A stretch of 64,000 nucleotides of DNA from Corallochytrium limacisporum Hawaii (Eukaryota > Protista > Pluriformea), in contig PDIP01000003.1 of NCBI GenBank assembly GCA_002811645.1, forward strand, positions 186,001 through 250,000, given 5' to 3'. Position 1 is the first letter of the stretch; every line of letters begins with the position of its first letter. The notes under the pieces were generated by a model. That model made no database searches. It saw nothing but the letters and a program-made list of their open reading frames with translations, and had not been told where the DNA came from. Shown here piece by piece: positions 11,038-21,386 of this stretch. Position numbers and translations under genes: made by a program.

Positions 11038-11613
11038 TCAAATCTTCTCGAGCTTCTGACCCACGACCTTCTGGTTGCGACTGCTCAGTTCTTCCCGTCC
11101 TGAGGTCTTGTAATCATAGGTACACGCATGCCGTTCCGCAGCCTTGTGCTTGTCGCAAAAGACATACCCACACTTGCATTTGTTTGTGGTCTGGCTGACC
11201 AACGGCACCTTGGCCCGACACTCGAAACACCGTCCTTTGTTCTTTTGCACGGGTGTGCCGCCCTCGGTTGCCGCCGCAGAGCTGGCATCATCTGATGACA
11301 CCGATCCCCCTGATGGACTCGGCACGTCGAGCTTATTCCCTGCGCTGTCGATCTTTAGGACGCTGATCGTACCATTGTCCTTGTTATCTGTAGTGTCTTT
11401 TCCGGTGGCAGAGGCGAGTTCTGCAGAAACTTTGCCCGACACGGGACCAGTCCCTGATGCCTTCGCATCAGCTCCTGCGGATTTAATCCACTTTCCGTAG
11501 CATACACTGCACATGTCATTTGTGTCGGGTCGGCCAAAGAAAGTCTGGCACATGCTACAGAGCGTGGGCTCCGTGCTCGTTGGGTTGGTAGATTCGGTCG
11601 GATTTGCGGCCAT
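11038..11613 (-). CDS. A20/AN1 zinc-finger protein (ZFAND3/5/6, SAP family)
   Basis: A20 finger CSMCQTFFGRPDTNDMCSVC and AN1 finger CFECRAKV...CKCGYVFCDKH...HAC, ending KLEKI. First ATG at 11613. Confidence 0.92.
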   Translation of the reverse strand: MAANPTESTNPTSTEPTLCSMCQTFFGRPDTNDMCSVCYGKWIKSAGADAKASGTGPVSGKVSAELASATGKDTTDNKDNGTISVLKIDSAGNKLDVPSPSGGSVSSDDASSAAATEGGTPVQKNKGRCFECRAKVPLVSQTTNKCKCGYVFCDKHKAAERHACTYDYKTSGREELSSRNQKVVGQKLEKI

Positions 11614-11654
11614 TGTGCTCCGTTGAGAATGAATGCTTTTGTTTTGTTTGTCGC

Positions 11655-12030
11655 CTGCCAAATTCGATTTCGAAGTGGGTCAGCTCTTCCTATTGGTGAC
11701 CTTGATTATAGAACTTATCCTCAGTGGATATTATGCCCAATTCACTGAGTTATTTTAAGCCGACCAGCTAAGTCACAATGTACTATGTGGAGTCCTTGTG
11801 CTCCACCGCGATGCTCGTTGTTCAAAATATATCCTTGATTGCCTATTGCCTCCCAACTCTGAGGCCACTCAATAAATATTCAGACACGTCGTCTTTAAAA
11901 CTTTGTCTTCGCCGTTTCAAACGCAGCAATGTGCCCATGACAGCAACGGCTGACTCCGTCTAATTTCTGGTGGTTCTATTTAAGTATGATGTTAAGCTCT
12001 TTAGCAGACAACAAAATTCATACCACTTAC
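11655..12030 (-). other. Putative 5'-leader intron(s) of the A20/AN1 gene
   Basis: Minus-strand GTAAGT at 12030, GCTGAC branch at 11684-11679, GCAG acceptor at 11655. An alternative CTTAAC...ATAG acceptor lies at 11976. Confidence 0.5.
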
Positions 12031-12680
12031 CATGTGTACACTTCTGGACCGTGAGCAGAAAGGTTCTCAGGCCCCTTGTTGGCGGCCAACCAAGAAAAAG
12101 CAAAAGAAAAGTAACATACTATGCAACATGACGCTCTCCACTTCCCTGCGCTGGTGGACGAGAACGGGGGTTGTGGCCCCCCCCCCTCCGGGGCGATCCT
12201 CCCCCGCTGCCTTTGTGTTCAAAGCACTGCTGCCGCTTCGGCGGGGCCTTTTCTCACTGGCCCACAGAAACCGCCTGCCCTCACACTTTCAGTTTTCTTT
12301 TTGCAAGTCCTTCTCAGCCCCGCACCCGTCTCATATTTTTTTTTTTTGGGCCCAGGGTCTGCGGCGCCCCGGGAGGGCGGGGGGGCCAGAGCGAAGGGAA
12401 CAGGCCTTGGAGAAACAGGGCCCACAAAAAAAACCAATGACCAAGCGAGCGAGCGAGAGAGCTGGGCCCACAATCAGCCAGCCCGGCACCAGCGCCCAGC
12501 CAGGCAGGCAGCAGCAGCACCGCCACCGATCCGCTGCGCTCTTGCGGGCGGGCTCTCGCGGCGTTCACTCTACTCTTTCTCCCGCGGCCCCCGGGGCGGA
12601 GGAAGGCCTACTACCGTCCCTGGCTGCTTGCTGAGACTGCGCTCCAAATTTCTCTGCTCGCTCTCTTTCACTGCCTTTGT

Positions 12681-12703
12681 CCCCCCCCCCCCCGGGGGGG
12701 GGG
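12681..12703. promoter_or_regulatory. C13-G10 homopolymer palindrome in divergent promoter
   Basis: Read directly from sequence. Lies between the divergent A20/AN1 and ACBD6 genes. Confidence 0.5.
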
Positions 12704-13028
12704 AGTTGGGCACATACACACCGGCGAGATGTTGGGGCAGGAAAAATAACGATTGAGTCATTAGGACAGGGGACAAAGGGAAGGAGAGTGGATGAGCAAA
12801 GGGAAGCCAAGGAAATGAAAGGGGGGAGCAAGGACAAAGGAGTCGTATGCCGCGAAGAAAAGGGTATGTACACTGACTATGACCGATCCCTGGTCGGCCA
12901 CCGCAACCTCTCCGACATACCACTCTTTTTGTCCGTCCGGGTGTTTTCATCGATTCTTTCATCGCATTCTAATGTTGGCTGTCAATATTTTTTTTTAATA
13001 ACGGCTGACCCTGACAGTATTTGAGAAT

Positions 13029-13078
13029 CACACACACACACACCTCTACAGTTGCTGACTTGTGTGTGTGTGTGTGTG
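13029..13078. repeat. Inverted microsatellite (CA)7-spacer-(TG)9
   Basis: CA run at 13029-13043 and TG run at 13061-13078 can form a 15-bp stem. Confidence 0.8.
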
Positions 13079-13718
13079 CCCAACAGGCGAGGACGAAGGC
13101 GGTACTGCACCATAAGCGCCGACCACGCCCCGGGTCCCGAGAGAAAAAAATGTAAACCTCGGGGCAAGGAGCGTGGGGGCTCGGGGGAGGGAGGGAAGAA
13201 AGAGGGAAGGGAGAGGAAGGGGAGGGGGGAAGGGAGGCAGCCAGACAAAGAGCTTAGACCAAGTATCACACACGTCGGTGTTGGGCCAGCACACTGCCAC
13301 GAAGGGGAGAGGCCTCAAAGTTTGCGCGGGTTCCAACAGCAACAGTCACCCAAGGGCGACGGCCAGTGTGATGATTTGAACATCTTTGGCCGAGCATTGT
13401 TGATTCACAGAGGAGAGTTTTTGGGTGTGTCTTGAATTCCAAGCCGCGCGCCGACAAATATTGTAGATGGTAGTGCTGAGAGAAGCTGCAAGTAGACAGT
13501 GACTTTCGCAAAGTCAAAACGCATGTTGCAGCCTCTACCAGGTTCAGCGCCGGATCGTACCTGTCGTTGACTTTGCACTACCACTTCTTGGCTTCCCCCT
13601 ACGACCGCAGATAGGACTCACTGGCTACTTCAGAGCTGGGAGTTCTAAATCTTGCTCTGGTCTTGTCCTTCTCAGTACGGAAGGAATAGACCTTAGTTAC
13701 ACAGCATACTATGAGAAC

Positions 13719-14573
13719 ATGATAACAGTCAAGAGCGTAAGAGACACACAAGGATTCTTCGGCATGACTAGCCCTAGTAGCCCCGAACTCTCTTTGGAAG
13801 GGACGGATACTCCATTGCAAGCAGACTTCCAGGTCGCTGAAGCCTATGTCACAATGTGGTTGGCTAGCGGAAATCGGCTAGACAATGATACGTTATTGGA
13901 CTTCTACGCCTTGTACAAGCAGGCAACAGAAGGAAAGAACACAAAACCCAAGCCTAGCTTCTACAAGGTGAAGGAACAGCGCAAGCATGCTGCCTGGCTG
14001 TCCCTCGGGAGCATGTCGCAGGAGGAGGCCATGGAACACTATGTTGAATTGACTAAAGCTAAGATGGGTTGGGATCCTGAGGAGGATACACAGGCCCATG
14101 CTGCTGCTGCGGCAGAAGGTCGCGATCAGAACACAGGAGCCTTTGGCGTCGCTGTGAGCTCCATGCCGCGGCCAAGTAATATTAGCTCAGCAACCAACAC
14201 TTTTGAATGGTTCCAGGACCTGCCTCGGGACGTCGCAGCTCAGGAACTGCAGGACAAGCTCGCATCTGCGCCGGAATTTATCACTGCCCAGGACTCGATG
14301 GGCATGAGTTTGATCCATTGGGCTGCGGACTGCGGTGATGTAGACAGTGTGCGCGTCCTTCTAGAGAATGGATGCCCCGTAGATTTGTTGGACGATAGTG
14401 GCCAGACCGCTCTGCATATGGCATGTGCCTGCGGACACCCGGATGTCATTAAGCTGCTCATCGAAAATGGTGCCGATCCCTCCACGAAGGATGAGGAAGG
14501 CCAGACGCCTCAGGATTGCATTGATGAGGACTTCACCGACCTCATTGAGCTTCTCAAGACCAAGGCAGCATGA
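13719..14573 (+). CDS. ACBD6: Acyl-CoA-binding plus ankyrin-repeat protein
   Basis: ACBP motif LDFYALYKQATEG...KHAAWLSL...AMEHYV; linker FGVAVSSM; ankyrin repeats (GMSLIHWAADCG, GQTALHMACACG). Start may be 13764. Confidence 0.9.
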   Translation: MITVKSVRDTQGFFGMTSPSSPELSLEGTDTPLQADFQVAEAYVTMWLASGNRLDNDTLLDFYALYKQATEGKNTKPKPSFYKVKEQRKHAAWLSLGSMSQEEAMEHYVELTKAKMGWDPEEDTQAHAAAAAEGRDQNTGAFGVAVSSMPRPSNISSATNTFEWFQDLPRDVAAQELQDKLASAPEFITAQDSMGMSLIHWAADCGDVDSVRVLLENGCPVDLLDDSGQTALHMACACGHPDVIKLLIENGADPSTKDEEGQTPQDCIDEDFTDLIELLKTKAA

Positions 14574-14610
14574 CATTACCATCACAGTATGGACAAAACA
14601 TAAGGCATAA

Positions 14611-15078
14611 TTAGACCAATGTACGTAGTAATATTTTCCTTAACAGCGTGAACCCAGTTGTGATGTCATGATACACGTTCATTCTATCAGCTTTGGAGTC
14701 CCAGGACTTCAGATGTTTTGCTTTGTCTACGTTCGCAATACCAAAGGCTTCTAAACATGATTTTGCTTCTTCTGTACTCTTGGCTGCCTTCTGTACCGCC
14801 TGACAGCACGCTTCGATCTGTTCCTCGAAGAGTGCTTCATCCGTTAGAGTACGTTCCACGAGCACCAGCTCCCTGCTGTGTTGCCATGCTGCACGCATGA
14901 TGATCGTCCCAGCGGCCTTGTCTGAATCAAGTAGAGGCAAAAGTAGACTGTACAATTTGGTGTACTCGCCATGTTTCATATCCTGGGCGGCGAGTTTGCC
15001 CACCTCATTGCGGACTGTTGAGTCTAGCATGGCACCATCACCTTTCAGTGGATTCTTTGCATTACCGTTATGTATCAT
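14611..15078 (-). CDS. Hypothetical alpha-helical protein
   Basis: 155-aa ATG ORF (alternative start 15030) filling the minus-strand slot between ACBD6 and ALG1. No recognised motif. Confidence 0.6.
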   Translation of the reverse strand: MIHNGNAKNPLKGDGAMLDSTVRNEVGKLAAQDMKHGEYTKLYSLLLPLLDSDKAAGTIIMRAAWQHSRELVLVERTLTDEALFEEQIEACCQAVQKAAKSTEEAKSCLEAFGIANVDKAKHLKSWDSKADRMNVYHDITTGFTLLRKILLRTLV

Positions 15079-15652
15079 TCATTTACATGATTTCACCGGA
15101 TGTGATATGAATGCCGTATGCTTTCATTCTCTACACACGTTGATATGGTATTTGGACATTGCGTACAACCGTACATGGCCCACGTCCCTGAGTACCCCTT
15201 CCGTGCCAGGCACCCGCACCCGCGTTTCTTGCTCCCCCTCCCTTTCCGGGGGACCCCCCCCCCCCGGGGTTTTCTCCTCCCAAACCGTTCGGACGCAAAC
15301 AAGAGTGGTGGTACTGCAAAGCCATTCACTACCCGCAGCAGGGCATCTTGGTCCACGGGCAACAGATAGAGGTCGGGAGTCTTCTTACAGCGCGCCAAAA
15401 ACTCATGCTTGGGGTGAGGGGCCCATAAATAACACATCGGTGGGACAGAAGCAAAACTCTTCGCAGGACACACAACAGCGGGTTTTGTCCCCTCGGCACA
15501 AGCGTGCGTGACCATCAACTATTTCAGAGTCAGAGATCAGTCACAGATATTTATGAATACCATCTAAATGCCTTATGGAAAAGAAATTCACGAAGACAGT
15601 GCCAATGCCGGTGTCGGATGCGGAGTTGTAGGCCGCCTTGCTCGATTTCAAG

Positions 15653-17074
15653 ATGGATCTGACTCACTACCGCACAGAGCTGACATGGCTTGCCATATTT
15701 GGCGCCATCTTTTTACCTCTATACTTCGCAAGGGAGTTTCGCAGGGTATCACAGTACGGAAGACCAACTGCTATGGTGCTGGTACTGGGCGACATCGGAC
15801 ACAGCCCCCGTATGAGGTACCATGCACAGAGCCTGCTGGCCCACCAAATGAACGTAGTAGTGGTCGCCTATGCGAAAGAAGGATTGCCGTCAGATCTCAA
15901 ACATCATCGTCTAACACTGCAAGCAGTGAAGCCAGCGTCGAGTCTAGGACCGGGTTGGCCGAAGATTGCATATGTGCTGTGGCTTTTGGTAAAAGCACCT
16001 TTGCAGCTTCTCTACTGTTTCCGGGCTCTGACACAGGCCGGCATCTGCGACATCATCGTCATGCAGAACCCTCCCACCATACCTGCACTGATGGCAGTGC
16101 ATGTGTACCAGTTGGTGACTCCGGATTCGAAGTTGATTATTGACTGGCACAACTATGGGTACACAATTCTGGCAATGAAAACGGGTGTGGACTCAGTGTT
16201 TACCAAGACGGCCGAATGGTATGAATTCGCCTTTGGCAGGCGCGCTCAAGGACACTTCTCTGTAACGCAGGCAATGGCACAGGATCTTGGGGAGCGTGGA
16301 GTGTTCGGAGCACAGGTTTTGTACGATAAGCCAGCACCCCAGTTCAAGATTTTGGCGCCTAAGCGCCAATCCGAGCTGTACAGTCTCCTGGTCAAAAAGT
16401 ACGGCATCGAACCGCGAATCACTCGCCCCAAACATGGGCGCTATGTACTTGTGTCTGGCACATCATGGACTGCAGACGAAGACTTCAGCGTCCTCCTAAA
16501 GGCTCTGTGGCGCTACGAGGTCATGGCACGCCAGAAGTCAGCACGTCAACTTCGTCACTTACACGTTATCATCACGGGGCGGGGTGAAGGTAAACAGGCG
16601 TACCTAAGCGACATCAAAGAGCTCAACGATGAGTGTAAATTCGTCCAATTGGACACTGTCTGGTTGGATCTGGAGGACTACCCACGTCTGCTGAGCTGTG
16701 CAGACATTGGAGTTTCCCTGCACAAGTCTTCATCCGGTCTAGACCTGCCTATGAAGGTGGTGGATCAACTCGGCTGTGGGTTGCCTGTGCTGGCATTCGG
16801 CTACCCTACAATCGCAGAATTAGTCACCGATGGACAGAACGGCCGCACCTTTACGGACGATCTCATGCTCTGTTATCACCTAAGAGAGCTGGCTGATGGT
16901 GACGTTGGCAAAGCTGCATGTGACACTCTGCGCGAAGGCTCTAGGGAATGGCAGAAATCGCGCTGGCAGGCCAATTGGACTGCCACCGCCTGGCCGGTCG
17001 TGCTCTCTCTTCTCGGACGTCGGAAACGCGGTGCCTATGAGAGGGCCTATTTAAAGAAGCTGTTGGACCAGTAG
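15653..17074 (+). CDS. ALG1: Chitobiosyldiphosphodolichol beta-1,4-mannosyltransferase
   Basis: N-terminal TM, VLGDIGHSPRMRYHA, QNPP, IIDWHNYGY, TSWTADEDF, SSSGLDLPMKVVD. Confidence 0.96.
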   Translation: MDLTHYRTELTWLAIFGAIFLPLYFAREFRRVSQYGRPTAMVLVLGDIGHSPRMRYHAQSLLAHQMNVVVVAYAKEGLPSDLKHHRLTLQAVKPASSLGPGWPKIAYVLWLLVKAPLQLLYCFRALTQAGICDIIVMQNPPTIPALMAVHVYQLVTPDSKLIIDWHNYGYTILAMKTGVDSVFTKTAEWYEFAFGRRAQGHFSVTQAMAQDLGERGVFGAQVLYDKPAPQFKILAPKRQSELYSLLVKKYGIEPRITRPKHGRYVLVSGTSWTADEDFSVLLKALWRYEVMARQKSARQLRHLHVIITGRGEGKQAYLSDIKELNDECKFVQLDTVWLDLEDYPRLLSCADIGVSLHKSSSGLDLPMKVVDQLGCGLPVLAFGYPTIAELVTDGQNGRTFTDDLMLCYHLRELADGDVGKAACDTLREGSREWQKSRWQANWTATAWPVVLSLLGRRKRGAYERAYLKKLLDQ

Positions 17075-17899
17075 TCATTCACAGTGGTTATCAAAAATAC
17101 ATTCCCAGACAGAATTTATGGTTGCTTCAGTCTCCCTGCGCGTGGAACATCAATCAGAACAAGTTCCAATCCGTTCAAGTCCACTAACCCCGGCCCAGTC
17201 CCCAGGCCCTTCGCACTTGCAAAGGGCGGCGGGCCCTCTGAACTTTATCCATAGTGCAGGTACTGCTGGCGGGCGTCATTGGGCCTTAACGGGAGCGGGT
17301 TTCAAAAGTGGCGTTAGGACCGCCGGTGAATTGGGAGGCCCCCCCCCCAAACTCGCAGAGTGACAACACCGAGCGAAGAGACAAGACAGAGCGGGGTGTT
17401 TGGGTCAACGGTGCGTTGGTGGGGAGGTGGCCCAAGTGAGTGACTGTGGGAAATTCCGAGAGTGCGAAGGAATATTGGGCACTGCGCAGTTTTTCCCGAT
17501 GGGCGAGAGAGAAATAAGGCGAGCCCCCCCACCCTCCCTGACCACAGTTCCTGCAGAGCAGATGGATGGTTCTCTTCATCGTGATGGGGGAGATCTGATT
17601 CTTTTTAATGGGAGAAAGGTGGCGCACCGGTGCGTGGAAATCCCTTCTGTGCCGTGTGTGGGCTTTTGTGTTGTTCCTATTTCCACTATTGCAATGTTCA
17701 CACGCAATGTAATACTATTCAGCGTGTAGAGACGGTGTATGAGCACACGAGATGGGGCCGGGTTTGGTCGGGCGGCCCCGATAACTGTGAGGCATCGTGA
17801 CCGGTTATGTCAGAAGTTGGACCTTAAATTTCCAGTGAAAGTATCAGGCAATACCGCTCATTGGGTTCAGAGTTCGAGACCAGCTATTTTCCAGAGGCT

Positions 17900-19294
17900 A
17901 TGCAATACCGCAATCTACTGCTCAGTCTACTGGTGGCATTTATTGCAATTGCATTGGTTCACTTTCTGCGGTCATCAGCTTCGCAAGAGCCAGTAGTAAA
18001 CGTTAGTGATCAGATCGGTAACGGTACAAAGAACATCAACATGTCCAGCTTTGTAGAATACTCGGCGGAAAACGAGTTCCCCATTCAAAACATTCCCTGG
18101 GGTATCTTCTCTGTCGATGGGTCTGCTCCTCGCGTGGGTAGCCGCATTGGTGACTTTGTCGTCGATGTCTCTGCTCTCTCTGAGTTCTTCACCGGTCCGG
18201 CCCTGAGCGGCAAAACCAGCGTCTTCTCCGAGGACAGCCTAAACACTTTTATGGGCATGGGATTCGCGGCCTGGCATGAAGCCCGGGAAGTCCTGCAGAA
18301 GCTCTTGTCCAAGGGCTCTGAGCTCGACAAGCAAGCTGGTTTGAAGGCTAAGGTACTGATCCCTGTTTCCCAGGTCACCATGCACATTCCTGCCAAGATC
18401 GGCGATTACACTGACTTCTACAGCAGCTTGGATCACGCAACAAATGTCGGCACCATGTTCCGAGGCAAGGACAACGCCTTGATGCCCAACTGGAAGTATC
18501 TTCCTGTCGGTTATCACGGCCGCAGTAGCAGTGTCTTCGTCACCGGCCAAGATGTCGTGCGTCCCACCGGTCAGAAGCGTCCAAAGGATGATGAGCCTCC
18601 AGTCTTTGGCCCCTGTGCTTTGCTTGACTTTGAACTCGAGTTCGCCTTCTTCACCGGTCCCGGCAACAAGATCGGTGAGCCTATTCCTATTGCAAAGGCT
18701 CACGAACACATCTTCGGTACCGTGCTCATGAACGACTGGAGCGCTCGGGATATTCAAAAGTGGGAGTATGTACCTCTGGGTCCCTTCCTGGCCAAGAACT
18801 TCTGCACTACCATCAGTCCCTGGGTTGTGACCATGGAAGCCCTGGAGCCCTTCAAGGTGGCCAACGCTTCTCAGGACCCCACTCCCTTCGATTATCTGAA
18901 GCATGACGATCCGTACACTTTTGACATTAACCTATTCGTCAGTATCCTGGGCGAAAACATGAAGCAAGCCGGAGTGGTGTGCAAGTCCAATTTCAAGTAT
19001 ATGTACTGGACTATGAAGCAGCAGCTGGCGCACCATACTGTCACTGGATGCAACACCCGGCCCGGTGATTTGATGGCAAGTGGCACCATCTCAGGTCCTG
19101 AGCAGGAGTCCTTCGGCTCTATGCTGGAACTCAGCTGGCGCGGCAGCCGCGAGGTAGATATTGGCGAAGGCCAGACCCGTAAATTCATCAAAGATGGTGA
19201 CACTGTGAGCGTTACGGGCTATTGCCAGGGCGATGGCTACCGAGTCGGTTTCGGTGATGCCAGTGGCAAGGTCCTGCCCGCTGTAAAGTTTTGA
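17900..19294 (+). CDS. FAH: Fumarylacetoacetase (conserved core starts at ATG 18041)
   Basis: [64 protein letters not shown]. Confidence 0.97.
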   Translation: MQYRNLLLSLLVAFIAIALVHFLRSSASQEPVVNVSDQIGNGTKNINMSSFVEYSAENEFPIQNIPWGIFSVDGSAPRVGSRIGDFVVDVSALSEFFTGPALSGKTSVFSEDSLNTFMGMGFAAWHEAREVLQKLLSKGSELDKQAGLKAKVLIPVSQVTMHIPAKIGDYTDFYSSLDHATNVGTMFRGKDNALMPNWKYLPVGYHGRSSSVFVTGQDVVRPTGQKRPKDDEPPVFGPCALLDFELEFAFFTGPGNKIGEPIPIAKAHEHIFGTVLMNDWSARDIQKWEYVPLGPFLAKNFCTTISPWVVTMEALEPFKVANASQDPTPFDYLKHDDPYTFDINLFVSILGENMKQAGVVCKSNFKYMYWTMKQQLAHHTVTGCNTRPGDLMASGTISGPEQESFGSMLELSWRGSREVDIGEGQTRKFIKDGDTVSVTGYCQGDGYRVGFGDASGKVLPAVKF

Positions 19295-19473
19295 ACGGGC
19301 TACGATTCACAGCCTGTTATTTCGATGTATGATTAAATACCAATGCCACTCATGTGACGTTGTCTATGTTGCACAGACCTATGCTACTATGGCGCACGCG
19401 CGGTGTTACACTGTATGAAGTGGAGTTTACTGCTAATTTCTGATGTGATCTTTACGAATCTCTCTGTGGCCGT

Positions 19474-20079
19474 TTAGCGGTTGTTGCGAAACTCGTTGAA
19501 GAGCTTGTTAAATTCGTGGATATACGGTTTGACCAACTGAGGGTTGGAAGTAACTAGAATGTTCTCGCGATTGTTCAGCACGGCAGAGCGGGTCCAATTG
19601 AAGGATCCAGTAGCCACAATAGTGTTATCGATGATCACGAACTTGTTGTGCATGTGTGCGGGTGAGTTGTCGTGCACAGTGGGAATGCCCTTTCGCTTCA
19701 GGGCCTGGACATCACTACCCTGACTGTCCATCTGGTCGTCGTCAGTCACAATCCGTACTGCAACACCACGCTTGTGAGCAGCCTCAATCTCGTCCGCAAT
19801 TTCATTGCAAGTGATGTTAAACACACAAATGTCCATGGACCGCTTGGCCTTCTTCAGCAGATTCAAAAGTTTAGTCAGAGAGGTCTCGCCGTGCTCGTAC
19901 TTGCAATTGTTACGCCTGCAGCTCTTGCCGTACCTGCAAGGCATACCTTTGTCCGGGAAGAACAGAACATAGTTAATGCCGCCAGAGGACCGTCCGGTCT
20001 GAGCTTCAGGAGCACTACCCTCGCCCGACTCGCCAGCGGGTGCTTTGAAAATGCCTAGCAATTTCGAAAAGAACCCCAT
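19474..20079 (-). CDS. PLD6: Single-HKD PLD-family nuclease/phospholipase (MitoPLD/Zucchini-like)
   Basis: HNKFVIID...TGSFNWT...NRENI. CCCH zinc motif CRYGKSCRRNNCKYEH follows the 'VLFFP' strand, as in animal PLD6. Confidence 0.85.
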   Translation of the reverse strand: MGFFSKLLGIFKAPAGESGEGSAPEAQTGRSSGGINYVLFFPDKGMPCRYGKSCRRNNCKYEHGETSLTKLLNLLKKAKRSMDICVFNITCNEIADEIEAAHKRGVAVRIVTDDDQMDSQGSDVQALKRKGIPTVHDNSPAHMHNKFVIIDNTIVATGSFNWTRSAVLNNRENILVTSNPQLVKPYIHEFNKLFNEFRNNR

Positions 20080-20865
20080 GGTTGCTTGCTCTGTTGTGAC
20101 GTATCGTTACTAATAAGAGTGCACGCATGCTCTGACACACGGCGCACGAATGGTCTGATCCCACTCCAATGTACCAGAAATACCAAACATCTCAGAAACG
20201 AAGGCACATCAGATGAATAGTGGCAAGAGTGCCTTTCATGCACCTTGGTGGCGTTCCTTTGGATTTTCAAACGGTGCCCCCAACCACAACCCCCTTCCCT
20301 GGTCCGTTCCCCGCCCCAGCTTCCTCCCTCCTCGCTCCCAAACTTTTTTTCCCCTTCTGTTCTTCTCTCTAAGTCCTCGTCCGTCTCGCGTGCGCGGCCC
20401 CCCCCCCCTCTTTCCTTCCCTTTGCGCATGGCTAAGCATTACTCCCCCGCCCCCCCCTCCCTCTCGCGGCCAAGGCTTACGCAAAGTGTCCACTGGCGGT
20501 AGGTCTGCTTCCTTTTGCCCTTATTCCTTCGTCTCCTCTCTTTTCTTTGATGCTCTGTGTGCTCTCCAGTGCCCTTGATAATTGCCAGTGCGCTCGGCCT
20601 TAGATGTGAGGTGGTATTACCGAGAAGTTATCTCCCTCCCCGATCTTTCCTGGCTGTGCGTAGTAGTGCAGAGCCCCGTAGTAGGCCCCCACCACCGTTC
20701 GCTACCCTTTTTTCCTGGTCCTCGTGGACCGGGTGGCTGGTATCCAAGACACCGGTGAGTGCTCAAGTCCACTTTCTGCATTCTTGTCAAGTTCGTTTAG
20801 TTCGATACCATAGAGTGAGCAGAATAGATGGCATAAAGTACTCGATCAGAGGCAGTTTGGGGACC

Positions 20866-21288
20866 ATGACGAGTGTCATCGATCGGGTCGATAAGGTCAA
20901 GGTCAGTTCTACTCTGCAACGGAATGTCAAGGAGTTCGGGAAACAGAACCTGATCGATGGAAACCCAGAGACCTGTTGGAACTCTGACGAAGGGGACACC
21001 CAGTTCATTAGACTGACCTTCAAAGAGCCCGTGTCCGCCACAGAGCTGCACTTGACGTTTCAAGGTGGCTTTGTAGGTGAGGTATGCATGGTCCATGGTT
21101 ACACAGATCAGAGGTTTAATGAGGAGGCGTGCAAAAATACTATTTACCCCACAGACACCAATGATTCGCAAAAATTTGCCCTGAACGGTTTCAGCGGTCA
21201 TAAGATTCAGTCAATCCTACTGGAGTTTTTGCAGTTTACAGATTTCTACGGCCGCGTCACCGTCTACGGCATCGACTTGCTCGGTTGA
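20866..21288 (+). CDS. NR2C2AP: Nuclear receptor 2C2-associated protein (TRA16)-like
   Basis: VSSTLQRNVKEFGKQNLIDGNPETCWNSDEG, FQGGFVG, TDFYGRVTVY. ATG at 20866. Confidence 0.9.
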   Translation: MTSVIDRVDKVKVSSTLQRNVKEFGKQNLIDGNPETCWNSDEGDTQFIRLTFKEPVSATELHLTFQGGFVGEVCMVHGYTDQRFNEEACKNTIYPTDTNDSQKFALNGFSGHKIQSILLEFLQFTDFYGRVTVYGIDLLG

Positions 21289-21386
21289 ATGTAAAGAAGA
21301 TGATATCGAAAACAAATGCTTTTGTATATTACAGCAATAATATAAACATGCACGTGAAGGCCGCCTTACCCTCTATGGCCATTCTC

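Noticed and set aside
12032-13517. Cluster of Pro/Gly/Arg-rich ORFs (also at 20055-20578, 25051-26369, 30609-31259, 53917-54284)
   Set aside because: Translations of C/G-run promoter DNA; low complexity on both strands.
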